Of a DNA stretch of 43,234 bases, positions 1-9,484 are shown piece by piece. The notes beneath the pieces were generated by a model. That model did no database searches. It had not been told where the DNA came from and worked only from the letters and a program-made list of their open reading frames with translations. Source of the DNA: an uncultured Mycoplasmatota bacterium (lineage in GTDB: Bacteria; Bacillota_I; Bacilli_A; RF39; UBA660); the NCBI GenBank assembly GCA_947569245.1, contig CANORV010000003.1, forward strand, positions 1-43,234, in the 5' to 3' direction. How positions within the stretch are numbered: the stretch's first letter is position 1; every line of letters starts with the position of its first letter. A program made the position numbers and the translations under genes.

Positions 1-261
1 GGGATTTTTTTTTATTATCTTTGCTATCTTAGATTTTGACAAAGTATAATATGATGGATAATTTATTAAATTTGTATCAATCATTATTTTATTATCTGTT
101 AGAATATCGTTATTTTTAATATAAATATTTTTAGTTGGTACCTCTAATATAAATTTAGTAAGGAAGAATAGGCATGTTAAAGTTATAATTAATATTAGAA
201 TACTACCCCAATGAATTTTGATTTTCTTCTTTAATATTTTCTTTTGTGCCATTTCTTTCAT
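1..261 (-). CDS. divIB: Cell division protein DivIB/FtsQ, N-terminal part (runs off the window start)
   Basis: Not in the ORF track; read manually. ATG at 261 follows a GGGAG RBS (alternative ATG at 252). Translation MKEMAQKKILKKKIKIHWGSILILIITLTCLFFLTKFILEVPTKNIYIKNNDILTD gives a basic N-terminus, one TM helix and a POTRA-like start. It lies directly after murB. Confidence 0.8.
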   Translation of the reverse strand, partial: MKEMAQKKILKKKIKIHWGSILILIITLTCLFFLTKFILEVPTKNIYIKNNDILTDNKIMIDTNLINYPSYYTLSKSKIAKIIKKNP

Positions 262-1186
262 CTTTATGCTCCCAATTTACAAATTCTTGTTCTACTTTTA
301 AATCAATATTGTATTTATCTTGCACTTGTTTTTTTATAAAAGTTATTAATTCTTTAATATCTTTGGAGGTTGCGTTTTTATAATTTATAATAAAGTTAGC
401 ATGTTTTTGACTAACCATAGCTCCTCCTCTTATTAGGCCTTTATATCCCAATTCTTCAATTAGTCTTCCAGCAAAATCGTTATTTGGGTTTCTAAAGACA
501 CTTCCAGCAGATGGATATTCTAGAGGTTGACTTTCTAGTCTTCTTTCTCTTCTTGTTCTAACTAACTCTTCTATTTCTTCTCTTTTTCCTTTTTTTAGCA
601 TAATAGTTGCTTCTAGACAAATGTAGTTTTTATGCGTTTTTAGAAACGATGTACGATAATGAAATTCTAATTCACTGTTTACCATAGTAATGACTCTATA
701 GTCTGGTGTTAAAACTTTAATTCTTTTTACAACATAACCCATATCACTTTTATAGGCTCCGGCATTCATATAAATTGCTCCACCAATTGTTCCAGGAATT
801 CCTGTTGCAAATTCTAAACCACTCATTGCTTTTCGGCAACTTGATAATGCTACTTTCATAAGCTGACATCCAGCTCCACAAATAAGCATATTTCCTCGTT
901 CTTTGATTGTATTAAATTCATCTAATTTGATTATTACTCCATCAAATACATCATCACTAAACAGTGTGTTAGAACCATTTCCTAAAACAATATATTTTAC
1001 TTTTTCTTTATCTAAGTATTTAATAAGTTTTATTAATGCTTCTATATTTTTTGGAAAAACCATTGCTTTACATATTCCCCCAACCTTGTATGAGGTATAG
1101 TTTTTTAAAGAAACATTTTCTAAGGTCTTTCCTATATTCATTCTTTTTATTTCTTTTAATGTATCATTAGTCATGTCAATCACCAT
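203..1186 (-). CDS. murB: UDP-N-acetylenolpyruvoylglucosamine reductase
   Basis: Motifs LGNGSN, GLEFATGIPGTIGGAIYMNAGAY, PSAGSVFRNP and KHANFIIN; follows murG. Confidence 0.97.
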   Translation of the reverse strand: MVIDMTNDTLKEIKRMNIGKTLENVSLKNYTSYKVGGICKAMVFPKNIEALIKLIKYLDKEKVKYIVLGNGSNTLFSDDVFDGVIIKLDEFNTIKERGNMLICGAGCQLMKVALSSCRKAMSGLEFATGIPGTIGGAIYMNAGAYKSDMGYVVKRIKVLTPDYRVITMVNSELEFHYRTSFLKTHKNYICLEATIMLKKGKREEIEELVRTRRERRLESQPLEYPSAGSVFRNPNNDFAGRLIEELGYKGLIRGGAMVSQKHANFIINYKNATSKDIKELITFIKKQVQDKYNIDLKVEQEFVNWEHKDERNGTKENIKEENQNSLG

Positions 1187-2258
1187 CTATTAAACTTCTT
1201 ATTTCATTATATACTTTTGTAGCACTTGTTGCAACTTTTAATTTTCCACTGGCATCTCTCATTTTTTGATACTTAATTTTATCATTTAATATTTCATCAA
1301 TTGCACAAACCAATCTTTCTTCAGTAAAATCTTTTTCTTCTATAATAACACAAGCATTTTTGTCTTCTAAAACCTTAGCATTTTTATATTGATGATTGTT
1401 AGTTACATATGGACTTGGTATTAAAATACTAGGAAGGGATGCTGCAGTTATTTCTACCAAGCTACTTGCACCAGCACGTGATACAATTAAACTAGCATCT
1501 TTCATTAATGAAATTAAATCTTTAGCAAAAGGAACGATTTTAACATTTTTGGATACTTTTAAATCTTTATATGAATCATAATAGGTTTTTCCTGTTATAA
1601 ACAAAACTTCATAATCTTTTTTAGAAAATAGTTTTAATGATGAAGCTAGTTTTTCGTTCATTGTTTTGGAACCAAGGGAACCCATTACAATAATTACTAA
1701 TTTTTTTTCTTTACTTAAACCATACTGGCTTTTATCCTGTTTTTTACAATTAACAACTTCTTCACTACGAGGATTTCCAGTGTAAACAGTTTTATTTTTG
1801 GGAAAACTATCTATTGTTTCTACAAAACTTACTCCTATTTTATCAGCATAGTGAGAAAGAAATTTGTTTGATAGCCCAGGAATTGAATTTTGTTCATGAA
1901 TGAACGTTTTATATCCACATTTTTTAGCAGCATAAATAACTGGAGATGTTACATAGCCTCCAACTCCTATTACAATATCAGGATTAAATTTTTTAATCTC
2001 CTTTTTAGAAATTTTTATAGCTTTTACAAAGTCTGATATAACTTTTATATTACTTAGTGGATTATGACGATTTAGTCCTTTTACCTCTAAGGCTAGATAT
2101 GGAATATTTTCTTTTGGAATTATATCTTTTTCCATTCTATCGGTTGTCCCTATATATAAGAAGATACTATCTGGTTCTTTTTCTTTTATCTTTCTAATAA
2201 TGGCTAAGGCTGGATATATATGACCTCCAGTTCCTCCGGCACTAATTATTGCTCTCAT
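1176..2258 (-). CDS. murG: Undecaprenyl-PP-MurNAc-pentapeptide GlcNAc transferase
   Basis: Motifs AGGTGGHIYPA, GGYVT, HEQNS, GNPR, GSLGS, SRAGAS and HQYKNA. Start moved to ATG 2258 (MRAIIS) behind an AGGTGA RBS. Confidence 0.97.
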   Translation of the reverse strand: MRAIISAGGTGGHIYPALAIIRKIKEKEPDSIFLYIGTTDRMEKDIIPKENIPYLALEVKGLNRHNPLSNIKVISDFVKAIKISKKEIKKFNPDIVIGVGGYVTSPVIYAAKKCGYKTFIHEQNSIPGLSNKFLSHYADKIGVSFVETIDSFPKNKTVYTGNPRSEEVVNCKKQDKSQYGLSKEKKLVIIVMGSLGSKTMNEKLASSLKLFSKKDYEVLFITGKTYYDSYKDLKVSKNVKIVPFAKDLISLMKDASLIVSRAGASSLVEITAASLPSILIPSPYVTNNHQYKNAKVLEDKNACVIIEEKDFTEERLVCAIDEILNDKIKYQKMRDASGKLKVATSATKVYNEIRSLIDGD

Positions 2259-2332
2259 GTTCAATTCACCTACTAACATTATATCATAATTATATTCTTT
2301 TTTTACGAATATTATTAAGTTTTTATTTTTGC

Positions 2333-2361
2333 TTGACAAAGTCGTTTTTATAATGTAATAT
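2333..2361 (+). promoter_or_regulatory. Putative sigmaA promoter for ORF 2593
   Basis: TTGACA (2333-2338), 17-nt spacer, TAATAT (2356-2361). Confidence 0.5.
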
Positions 2362-2592
2362 TTGGTACATGCCTTTTTAGGAAAACCAATTAATAGTTTA
2401 GATTCATTGATAAAAAGTACATTTTAGAGAGTACTTATTTGATATTGATAGTATATAATATAATTAAGTGTTTCAGAGAAGATGAATTATACATTTGTAG
2501 TATTTAATGTTAAATTATAATCGTTACTATAAAAGGTATAAATTTATAAGGTTTATTGGCTTTAATTTTTTGATTTAAGATGAGGAGGGAAA

Positions 2593-2997
2593 ATGACTAA
2601 TAGCTTTTTTAAAAAATCGTGTTATTTAATACCACTTACTGAGGTAGAAGTAAAACTATTTCATAACAATATTATTTTGTATATGAATGATGAAGATGAA
2701 AAATTGGGTATGGCTATTCCTAGTTTAGAAAAGTATGGGTTTGGTAATATGGAAGGTGCCTTTAGGGCTAATCGTAGATGGTTTCTTTATCCAATTGATG
2801 AAAAGTCTCTTGGATTAATAGTTGATGGTAGACCAATATTTAAACTTGATTTTCGTGAAAAAGATAACTTAAAAGTTACATCGGTCGGTTGTAATACGGA
2901 TTTTGTTACTAGTATAACTAAATTTTTAAGTAGGAATAATAAGGACAATACTAATAATAAAAAAGTAAAAAAAATCGGTAGCATTATACCAGTTTAA
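2593..2997 (+). CDS. Hypothetical protein, 134 aa
   Basis: Strong RBS (GAGGAGG) and a downstream terminator; no motif recognised; Lys-rich C-terminal tail. Confidence 0.75.
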   Translation: MTNSFFKKSCYLIPLTEVEVKLFHNNIILYMNDEDEKLGMAIPSLEKYGFGNMEGAFRANRRWFLYPIDEKSLGLIVDGRPIFKLDFREKDNLKVTSVGCNTDFVTSITKFLSRNNKDNTNNKKVKKIGSIIPV

Positions 2998-3001
2998 TTT
3001 G

Positions 3002-3036
3002 AAAAAGGTAACTCATAATTTAAGAGTTACCTTTTT
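3002..3036. terminator. Bidirectional intrinsic terminator
   Basis: AAAAAGGTAACTC-loop-GAGTTACCTTTTTT between convergent genes. Confidence 0.9.
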
Positions 3037-3815
3037 TATATTTTTGCTGCTATTGTCATTTCGACAACGGCTTTAACATTTTTTTCATTAAATGGTTTTT
3101 CCAAAATAGCTACTATTTCATAAGTACGTGCTCTATTGATTGTTTCTTCTTTACATTCACCTGTTATTATTGATACAGGAATTTTTTTAAACAGATTGTT
3201 TTGCTTAAACCATTCTAAAACTTGAAATCCATCAACGTTTGGCATATTTAAATCTAATAAAACAGCCACTATTTTTCCGTCATTTACGTGTTGACTAATT
3301 AAAGTTAAGGCTTCCATTCCATCTTTGGCTAATAAAACATCATATGTGTTTTGAAAAATCTTACTGGCAAAACTTGTAACTATGTTAGAGTCATCGACAA
3401 CAAGAATGGTTTTGTCTTTTATTACCACTTCTTCTTTTGGCAAAATATTACTTACATCACGTCCTAAGTAATCACTTACTAGTTTGATAATTCTACTTGT
3501 TTCATTCATTAGTTCATCGTAATTCAAATAAACAAAATCCATATCATTAGATTTGCTTCTCATTTCGTGTTCTAAAGCAAGTTCTGCTAGCTTTGTGAAC
3601 CCAAAATATCTAGAGTCACTTTTTAGTGAGTGAACAAGTATAGCATAGTTAGCCATATCAGCGTTTTCTTTAAACATTTTTATTTTAGGTAAACTTTCCT
3701 TCATTCCCTTTAAAAAATCTTCTAGTGTCGAATTGTAAGTTTCCATATCTCCAAATAATTCTAAACTTTTTTGAACATCTACTCCATTATTTGTTAAAAA
3801 ACTAACATCTTTCAT
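3036..3815 (-). CDS. Hpt domain plus receiver (REC) domain protein with no output domain
   Basis: N-terminal Hpt motif YAILVHSLKSDSRYFG; C-terminal REC motifs ILVVDD, LLDLNMPNVDG, IITG and EKPF. Confidence 0.88.
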   Translation of the reverse strand: MKDVSFLTNNGVDVQKSLELFGDMETYNSTLEDFLKGMKESLPKIKMFKENADMANYAILVHSLKSDSRYFGFTKLAELALEHEMRSKSNDMDFVYLNYDELMNETSRIIKLVSDYLGRDVSNILPKEEVVIKDKTILVVDDSNIVTSFASKIFQNTYDVLLAKDGMEALTLISQHVNDGKIVAVLLDLNMPNVDGFQVLEWFKQNNLFKKIPVSIITGECKEETINRARTYEIVAILEKPFNEKNVKAVVEMTIAAKI

Positions 3816-3951
3816 ATATATCCTCTCCTATTTCTAATTTGATTATAAACTTTTTTGAAATTATTATCTAGTTATTTTGACAATTTATGTCAAGTAAATA
3901 ATAAACGATGTAAACTAATGCCTTAATTATTTTTACATATTTAGAAAGCAA

Positions 3952-3983
3952 TAAAACCTCGTTTTATTATGAACGAGGTTTTA
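3952..3983. terminator. Intrinsic terminator downstream of the ABC permease
   Basis: TAAAACCTCGTT-loop-AACGAGGTTTTA. Confidence 0.8.
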
Positions 3984-4024
3984 GTTAACTTACTATCTAG
4001 TCTCTTTGATATAATTATTTGTTT

Positions 4025-6088
4025 TTATTTTTCTTTAATTATGTTTTTACTCGAAAAATAAGTTATAAGAAAATATCCACCATAAATTATAATTAGAAAT
4101 ATTGAGGTTGTTAAAATTGAGGTTAATAAATTCATGCGTCCAAATGTTTCTAATATTGTATTACAAACTTGAAGACCAAATATGGTATGTACTAGAGCAA
4201 GTGATAATGGTAGAAAGAAGAATATGGCAATTTGTCTATATAAAGCTTTGTTTAGCATCTTTTCATCTGTTCCAATTTTTCTTAGAATCATATATCTTTC
4301 CTTGTTATCACTACTTTCTGATAATTCTTTTAAAGCAAGTATTGCAGCTGATGATATTAAAAAGATAATACCCAAATATAGGCCGATGAAAGTAGCCATG
4401 GCAGTTAATCCTATACTTGCTTCATAAATAGTTATTTTAGTTGATGCATTTAAGATAGTATTATTACTGTTTGGATGATTTTCAAGACTAATTATTTTAT
4501 CTTCTATTTTTTGTTTTTCTTTTTTTGTATCATTTTCTGTTTTATAATTAGCAAATAAATATTTAACTGCCTCAAGGGAATTTTCCAAGGCTTTATCAGG
4601 TACTAAAATAATCCCTGTATTAATGTGATTTGCTGATATGTCAATAAAACCATCCTGACATTCTGTATATTTTGGCAAATATGTTTTACCATTTATTTCA
4701 ATAGGTGTTTTTGATTTTAATGCTCTGTTACGTATTGTTGTCATTTCTTTATAGTCTCCAATAATCATATACTGATTGTCTTCAAGAGAATAAGTTTTTA
4801 TATTATATAACTTGGCAAGCTTATTGTAATTGCTAATTTCAATTAAGATTTCTTTTCCCTGAAGGTTTAAATAAGGGTAATCTTTTTTTATTTTTTCTTT
4901 TTCTTTTCCAAGAGTTTTCTCCCATGTTATATTATCATCGACATAACTTGAAAACTCTACTATATCTTTAAAATTTTTGTTGATATCAAAATCTAAATCC
5001 TCTAAACTTTTTCTTATTGATGTTTTAGAGTTTTTATCTTGTTCTTCTGTTACAGGTTTATAATATGTTTTTTTGGCATTAATTGGTTTAGTAATCTCTA
5101 TATCTACTGGTGTTAATTTTTTTAGATTGGTAGATAGTGATGTTTTTATAGATGATGCACTAGATAAAATGCAAATTGTCATAAAAAGCATGATACAAAT
5201 AATTGACATTGATATAACTGTTGTGTTAATTTGACTATTTAATTGTCTTAATGTAAAAGCATTCAATCCTTTAAGATAGACTCTTTTTGATGATGAAACA
5301 AGTCGTAATATTAGTCCTGAAAAGGACCAAAATATAAGTAATGTTCCTATTGACCCTAAAGCTATCTGGATAAGTAAATCAGAAAATTCGACTAGATTAT
5401 TGACTCCTACAGTTACATTATAATAGGCATAAGCTAATATACATGATGCTATTATAAATACCAAAACACAAACGATCGGATTTTTTATCTTTACTGTTTC
5501 ATTTTTCTTACCTGCTTGAATTAAGTCGATAAGTTTACATTTGCTAACTGATAAAGTATTAAAAATCATTACTAATAAATACATAATACTAAAGTAAATA
5601 ATTGTTTTAATCATAGCACTGTTTGAAAAGGTAAAAGCAAATTGACTCATATCTGCTTCAAACATATTGATTACCAAAATGGACATAGCTTGTGAGCAGA
5701 TAATTCCAAGTACTAGACCTGCTCCTAGAGAAATAACACCAATTGATAATGTTTCATAAAGCAAGATAAGAGATATTTTTCTTTTACTCATTCCAAGGGT
5801 CATATAAATTCCAAATTCTTTTTTTCGTCTTTTTATCAAAAATCTACTGGCATAGATGATTAAAAATCCCAAAACTAATGAAACAAAGATAGAAACTCCT
5901 GATAATATTTGATTCATGAGGTCTATTAAATCATGTGTGTTCTTAGATACATTTAACATTACTGTTTGACTATCTAAAGCATTAAAAATATAAAATATTG
6001 AAACACCTAAAATAAGAGTGAAAAAATAAATAGTATAATCTTTAATACTTTTTTTGAGGTTTTTTAAAGATAGCTTAAATAACATCAT
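4025..6088 (-). CDS. BceB/YxdM-like ABC permease (antimicrobial peptide resistance type)
   Basis: FtsX-like motifs KRRKKEFGIYMTLG and ERYMILRKIG; about 10 TM helices with a large extracellular loop; in an operon with the ATPase. Confidence 0.9.
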   Translation of the reverse strand: MMLFKLSLKNLKKSIKDYTIYFFTLILGVSIFYIFNALDSQTVMLNVSKNTHDLIDLMNQILSGVSIFVSLVLGFLIIYASRFLIKRRKKEFGIYMTLGMSKRKISLILLYETLSIGVISLGAGLVLGIICSQAMSILVINMFEADMSQFAFTFSNSAMIKTIIYFSIMYLLVMIFNTLSVSKCKLIDLIQAGKKNETVKIKNPIVCVLVFIIASCILAYAYYNVTVGVNNLVEFSDLLIQIALGSIGTLLIFWSFSGLILRLVSSSKRVYLKGLNAFTLRQLNSQINTTVISMSIICIMLFMTICILSSASSIKTSLSTNLKKLTPVDIEITKPINAKKTYYKPVTEEQDKNSKTSIRKSLEDLDFDINKNFKDIVEFSSYVDDNITWEKTLGKEKEKIKKDYPYLNLQGKEILIEISNYNKLAKLYNIKTYSLEDNQYMIIGDYKEMTTIRNRALKSKTPIEINGKTYLPKYTECQDGFIDISANHINTGIILVPDKALENSLEAVKYLFANYKTENDTKKEKQKIEDKIISLENHPNSNNTILNASTKITIYEASIGLTAMATFIGLYLGIIFLISSAAILALKELSESSDNKERYMILRKIGTDEKMLNKALYRQIAIFFFLPLSLALVHTIFGLQVCNTILETFGRMNLLTSILTTSIFLIIIYGGYFLITYFSSKNIIKEK

Positions 6089-6842
6089 TTAAATCCCCTC
6101 CAAGAAGTGTAACAGTATCGATAATTTTATCAAAGAATTCTTTTCGTTGACTATTTCCACGATTAATTTCACTAAATATTTTACCATCTTTAATAAATAT
6201 TACACGACTTGCATAACTTGCTGTAAAAGCATCATGGGTAACCATTAAAATAGTTGCAGAAAGTTCTTTATTTAAGTAATTAAAACTCTCAAGTAGCATT
6301 TTGGCACTTTTAGAGTCTAATGCTCCAGTTGGCTCATCAGCTAATACTAATTTGGGATTGGTAATGATTGCTCGTGCTGATGCAACTCGTTGTTTTTGAC
6401 CTCCACTCATTTGATATGGATACTTATTTAAAATACTTTCAATATTTAGTTTTTTGGCTACGTCTTTAACTTGTTCATCAATTTTATTAGCAGGAACATT
6501 TTGAATTGATAATGAAAGTGCTATATTCTCATATGCTGTTAATGTATCTAAAAGATTAAAGTCCTGAAAAATAAAACCTAGTTCTTCTCTTCTAAATTTG
6601 TTTAATTTCCCTCCCTTTAATTTAGTTATATCCTCTTGATCAACAAAAATATGACCACTAGTTACTTTATCAATTGTTGAAATACAATTTAAAAGGGTTG
6701 TTTTTCCACTTCCACTTGCTCCCATTATGGCAACAAATTCACCTTTTTCAACATCAAATGATATATTATTAATAGCTTTTGTCAAACTAGAGCGACTTCC
6801 ATAGTATTTTTCTATTTTTTCTATTTTTAACATATTAGGCAT
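6075..6842 (-). CDS. BceA-like ABC ATP-binding protein
   Basis: Walker A GASGSGKT, signature MSGGQKQR, LADEPTGALD and VTHD. Confidence 0.93.
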   Translation of the reverse strand: MPNMLKIEKIEKYYGSRSSLTKAINNISFDVEKGEFVAIMGASGSGKTTLLNCISTIDKVTSGHIFVDQEDITKLKGGKLNKFRREELGFIFQDFNLLDTLTAYENIALSLSIQNVPANKIDEQVKDVAKKLNIESILNKYPYQMSGGQKQRVASARAIITNPKLVLADEPTGALDSKSAKMLLESFNYLNKELSATILMVTHDAFTASYASRVIFIKDGKIFSEINRGNSQRKEFFDKIIDTVTLLGGDLNDVI

Positions 6843-6913
6843 AATACCTCTCCTTTCGATAAATAATTATAATTGATTACTTACAATATGTCGTTGTTTT
6901 AATATTACAAAAT

Positions 6914-6929
6914 CTTACATTTATGTAAG
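6914..6929. promoter_or_regulatory. BceR-type response regulator binding site upstream of the ABC operon
   Basis: Palindrome CTTACA-TTTA-TGTAAG fits TnACA-N4-TGTAA. Extra TTACA half-sites at 6905 and 6881; minus-strand TATAAT at 6866-6871. Confidence 0.8.
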
Positions 6930-7949
6930 TTATTTCAAACAATTATAGTAGTCATTATTATTAAAAATAATATTTACTTTTGTATAGTTTTCAAAAGAAG
7001 ACTCAATGGTTATTCTATGTCCTAATTTTTTTAGTAGTTTTTTAGAAATATATAGCCCCATTCCAGTAGAATTAGCCCCTTTTCTTCCATTAGAACCAGT
7101 AAATGTTTTATCAAAGACACGATTTATATCACTTGTTGGAATTCCTATACCGTTATCATATATTGATAATATTGTTTTATCCTCTTCTTCTTTAATACTT
7201 ATTTCTATATAAGATAAAATACTGGTGTTACGATATTTAATACAATTATTTATTAATTGATTTAATACAAATTCTAACCATTTCGAATCAGTTAAAACAG
7301 TCTCATTATTAATTTTAGTCTTTAAAGTTACTTTGTTATATAAAAGAGTATCTTTATTTTTTAAGGCTACTTGTTTTACTACTGATGATAATTTTACTTC
7401 TTTAATTAAATAGTCTTTTTCTGAGTCTTTGCTTCTAGCATAATATAAGACTTGATCAAGATAATCTTCTAATCTTTTTAATTGTTCTAAAAATCTTTTA
7501 TCTACTAAACTTTTATTGTTATGTGTTATAAGAATTAGATTAGAAAGTGGTATTTTTACTTCATGTATCCACATTTCGATATAATCTTTAAAATCTTCTT
7601 GATTATATTTTAAGTCTTTTATCTTTTCATTGAAAGATTTATTTATTTCATATAATGAATCATAAAAAATTTTTCCTTCTAAAAAGTCAGGATTTTTAAT
7701 TAGTTCTGTTATTAAATATTTTTCTTCTAATAAATTCAAATTGATTTGTAAATTTTTATAAAAACTTCTCTTTCTAAAATAGTTATAGAGTAATACAAAA
7801 ATATCTGTTGTTATTATGATAAAAAGACAGCAGATAATTCCATCTATTGAGACTTTTAATACCATTAATAAAAGGATAAGAAAGATTAGTGATATGATTT
7901 TTATAGAAATTGTAATAATTTTATCTTTTATATAGTTTATAAATTTCAT
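6930..7949 (-). CDS. BceS/GraS-like intramembrane-sensing histidine kinase
   Basis: Two closely spaced TM helices, H-box WIHEVKIP, QLINNCIKY, DNGIGIP and STGMGLY. Confidence 0.92.
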   Translation of the reverse strand: MKFINYIKDKIITISIKIISLIFLILLLMVLKVSIDGIICCLFIIITTDIFVLLYNYFRKRSFYKNLQINLNLLEEKYLITELIKNPDFLEGKIFYDSLYEINKSFNEKIKDLKYNQEDFKDYIEMWIHEVKIPLSNLILITHNNKSLVDKRFLEQLKRLEDYLDQVLYYARSKDSEKDYLIKEVKLSSVVKQVALKNKDTLLYNKVTLKTKINNETVLTDSKWLEFVLNQLINNCIKYRNTSILSYIEISIKEEEDKTILSIYDNGIGIPTSDINRVFDKTFTGSNGRKGANSTGMGLYISKKLLKKLGHRITIESSFENYTKVNIIFNNNDYYNCLK

Positions 7950-8608
7950 AATATTATGTAACCCTGATTTTTTCTTGTCTCAATCATATCACTATATCCA
8001 ATATCTCTTAATTTGTTACGAAGTCTACTTATATTTACTGTTAGAGTATTATCATCAATAAATTCATCGTTATCCCATAATTCTGTAACAATCGTTTCTC
8101 TTTCAACTATTTTAGAACGATTATTTATCAGAAGTGTTAAAATCAACATCTCATTTTTAGATAAATAAATGGTTTCATTTTCCTTTATTATAATACCCTT
8201 TCGTGGAATTATTTTTAAATCTTCATATTTTAAAAATTCAGGTTCTTGTTCTATTCTTTTAAATATTGCTGCAACTCTAAGTAAAAGAATCGTAGGGTTA
8301 TATGGTTTTGTTATGTAATCATCGGCACCATAACTCATACATAAAACTTCATCTATTTCTGTATCTTTACTAGTTACCATAATTATTGGAACATTTGATT
8401 CATTTCTAATTTGTTTTAAAAGAACTTCACCATTAATATTAGGAATATTTATATCTAGTAGAATTAAATCTGGATTATTTTTTAAAATAGTATCTTTGGC
8501 ATTAAGAAAATCATCTAAAACAACAGCATTATAATTGGCATTGTTAAGAAGATTTTTTAATTCTTCTTGTAAGGTTTTATCATCTTCAACTATTAAAATC
8601 TTTTTCAT
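7946..8608 (-). CDS. OmpR-family (BceR/GraR-like) response regulator
   Basis: ILIVEDD, DLILLDINIP, DDYITKPY and winged-helix motif TLTVNISRLR. ATG at 8608 follows GGTGA (the track start is GTG 8617). Confidence 0.93.
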   Translation of the reverse strand: MKKILIVEDDKTLQEELKNLLNNANYNAVVLDDFLNAKDTILKNNPDLILLDINIPNINGEVLLKQIRNESNVPIIMVTSKDTEIDEVLCMSYGADDYITKPYNPTILLLRVAAIFKRIEQEPEFLKYEDLKIIPRKGIIIKENETIYLSKNEMLILTLLINNRSKIVERETIVTELWDNDEFIDDNTLTVNISRLRNKLRDIGYSDMIETRKNQGYIIL

Positions 8609-8653
8609 CTTTATCACCGATTATATTATACAACAAAAAATGGAATATATCTC

Positions 8654-8667
8654 TTACAAATATGTAA
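8654..8667. promoter_or_regulatory. Second BceR-type box, upstream of the regulator gene
   Basis: TTACA-AATA-TGTAA, 23 nt upstream of a minus-strand TATAAT (8625-8630). Confidence 0.55.
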
Positions 8668-8871
8668 TTATTAGAAGTTTGCTTCTTGTAAATCAATTAT
8701 ATTTTTAACAAATATTAGTGTCTATCTACTATCAATTTATTTTGATATATATTAACTTTACTTTTATTTAATCTTGAATTCTTTTTATAGCTTTAAAAGA
8801 GTTCTTATATGTTTACTTTGAATTTTATTAAATTTTTAAGTATTAATAGTTATTATTAAAATTTATTGTAT

Positions 8872-8909
8872 ATAAAAAGACTTAGATTCGTGTTCTAAGT
8901 ATTTTTTAT
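8872..8909 (-). terminator. Terminator of coat cassette 1
   Basis: ATAAAAAGACTTAGA-loop-TCTAAGTATTTTTTAT imperfect hairpin. Confidence 0.65.
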
Positions 8910-8924
8910 TATTAATGTGTACTT

Positions 8925-9245
8925 TTAATTATTATTCATGTCTGTTAATTCTTGATTTAAAGTTGTCAATTTTTCTTGTACTTTATTTTCTTCAACTTTT
9001 TCTAAACAGTACCAACCATTTTTAAACATAGCTTCATAGATTTTTCTTTGAAGAGAGGTAAGATTATTAAACATTTCTTTATATATTTGATATAGTGTTT
9101 CGTTACTGGCTTCTGTTAGAGCTACAGTATAATTTTTTACCATAGATTTTTCTGTTTCTAGAAGGTCAGTTAAATAATCTTTTTCATTTAGATTTGGTCC
9201 TTTATTTACCTCTGTTTTTTGATTTGTTACTTTATTATTATTCAT
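8925..9245 (-). CDS. Coat F-domain spore protein (ferritin-like)
   Basis: LNEKDYLTDLLETEK...YTVALTEASNETL...IYEAMFKNGWY matches the Coat F pattern. ATG at 9245 follows GGAGG. Confidence 0.85.
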   Translation of the reverse strand: MNNNKVTNQKTEVNKGPNLNEKDYLTDLLETEKSMVKNYTVALTEASNETLYQIYKEMFNNLTSLQRKIYEAMFKNGWYCLEKVEENKVQEKLTTLNQELTDMNNN

Positions 9246-9462
9246 TAGAACCTCCCATATTATTAATTGTATCAATTATTTTATTTAAATTATCATAGTG
9301 AACTTTTCTTATTTCTTCTACTAATTGTTTTAATTCTTCATTTTGTAATTCATTAAAATAATGATAGGCTTTTTTACATGCTATACTATTCCAATCAAAC
9401 ATGTCTGATAAATAGTCTAAATCTTTACCAGATAGCATTACTGGTACAGTGTCATAATTCAT
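9238..9462 (-). CDS. Small helical sporulation protein, partner of the Coat F gene
   Basis: LSGKDLDYLSD...KKAYHY...ELKQL...H pattern resembles small genes that precede Coat F genes; AAAGGAG RBS; 8-nt overlap with the next gene. Confidence 0.7.
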   Translation of the reverse strand: MNYDTVPVMLSGKDLDYLSDMFDWNSIACKKAYHYFNELQNEELKQLVEEIRKVHYDNLNKIIDTINNMGGSNE

Positions 9463-9484
9463 ATATTATTTCTCCTTTCGTTTT

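Noticed and set aside
8670-8870. AT-rich intergenic stretch with hairpin GAATTCTTTT...AAAAGAGTTC (about 8776-8804) as an sRNA or small ORF
   Set aside because: No convincing promoter/ORF/RBS combination; a weak hairpin is expected by chance at this AT content.
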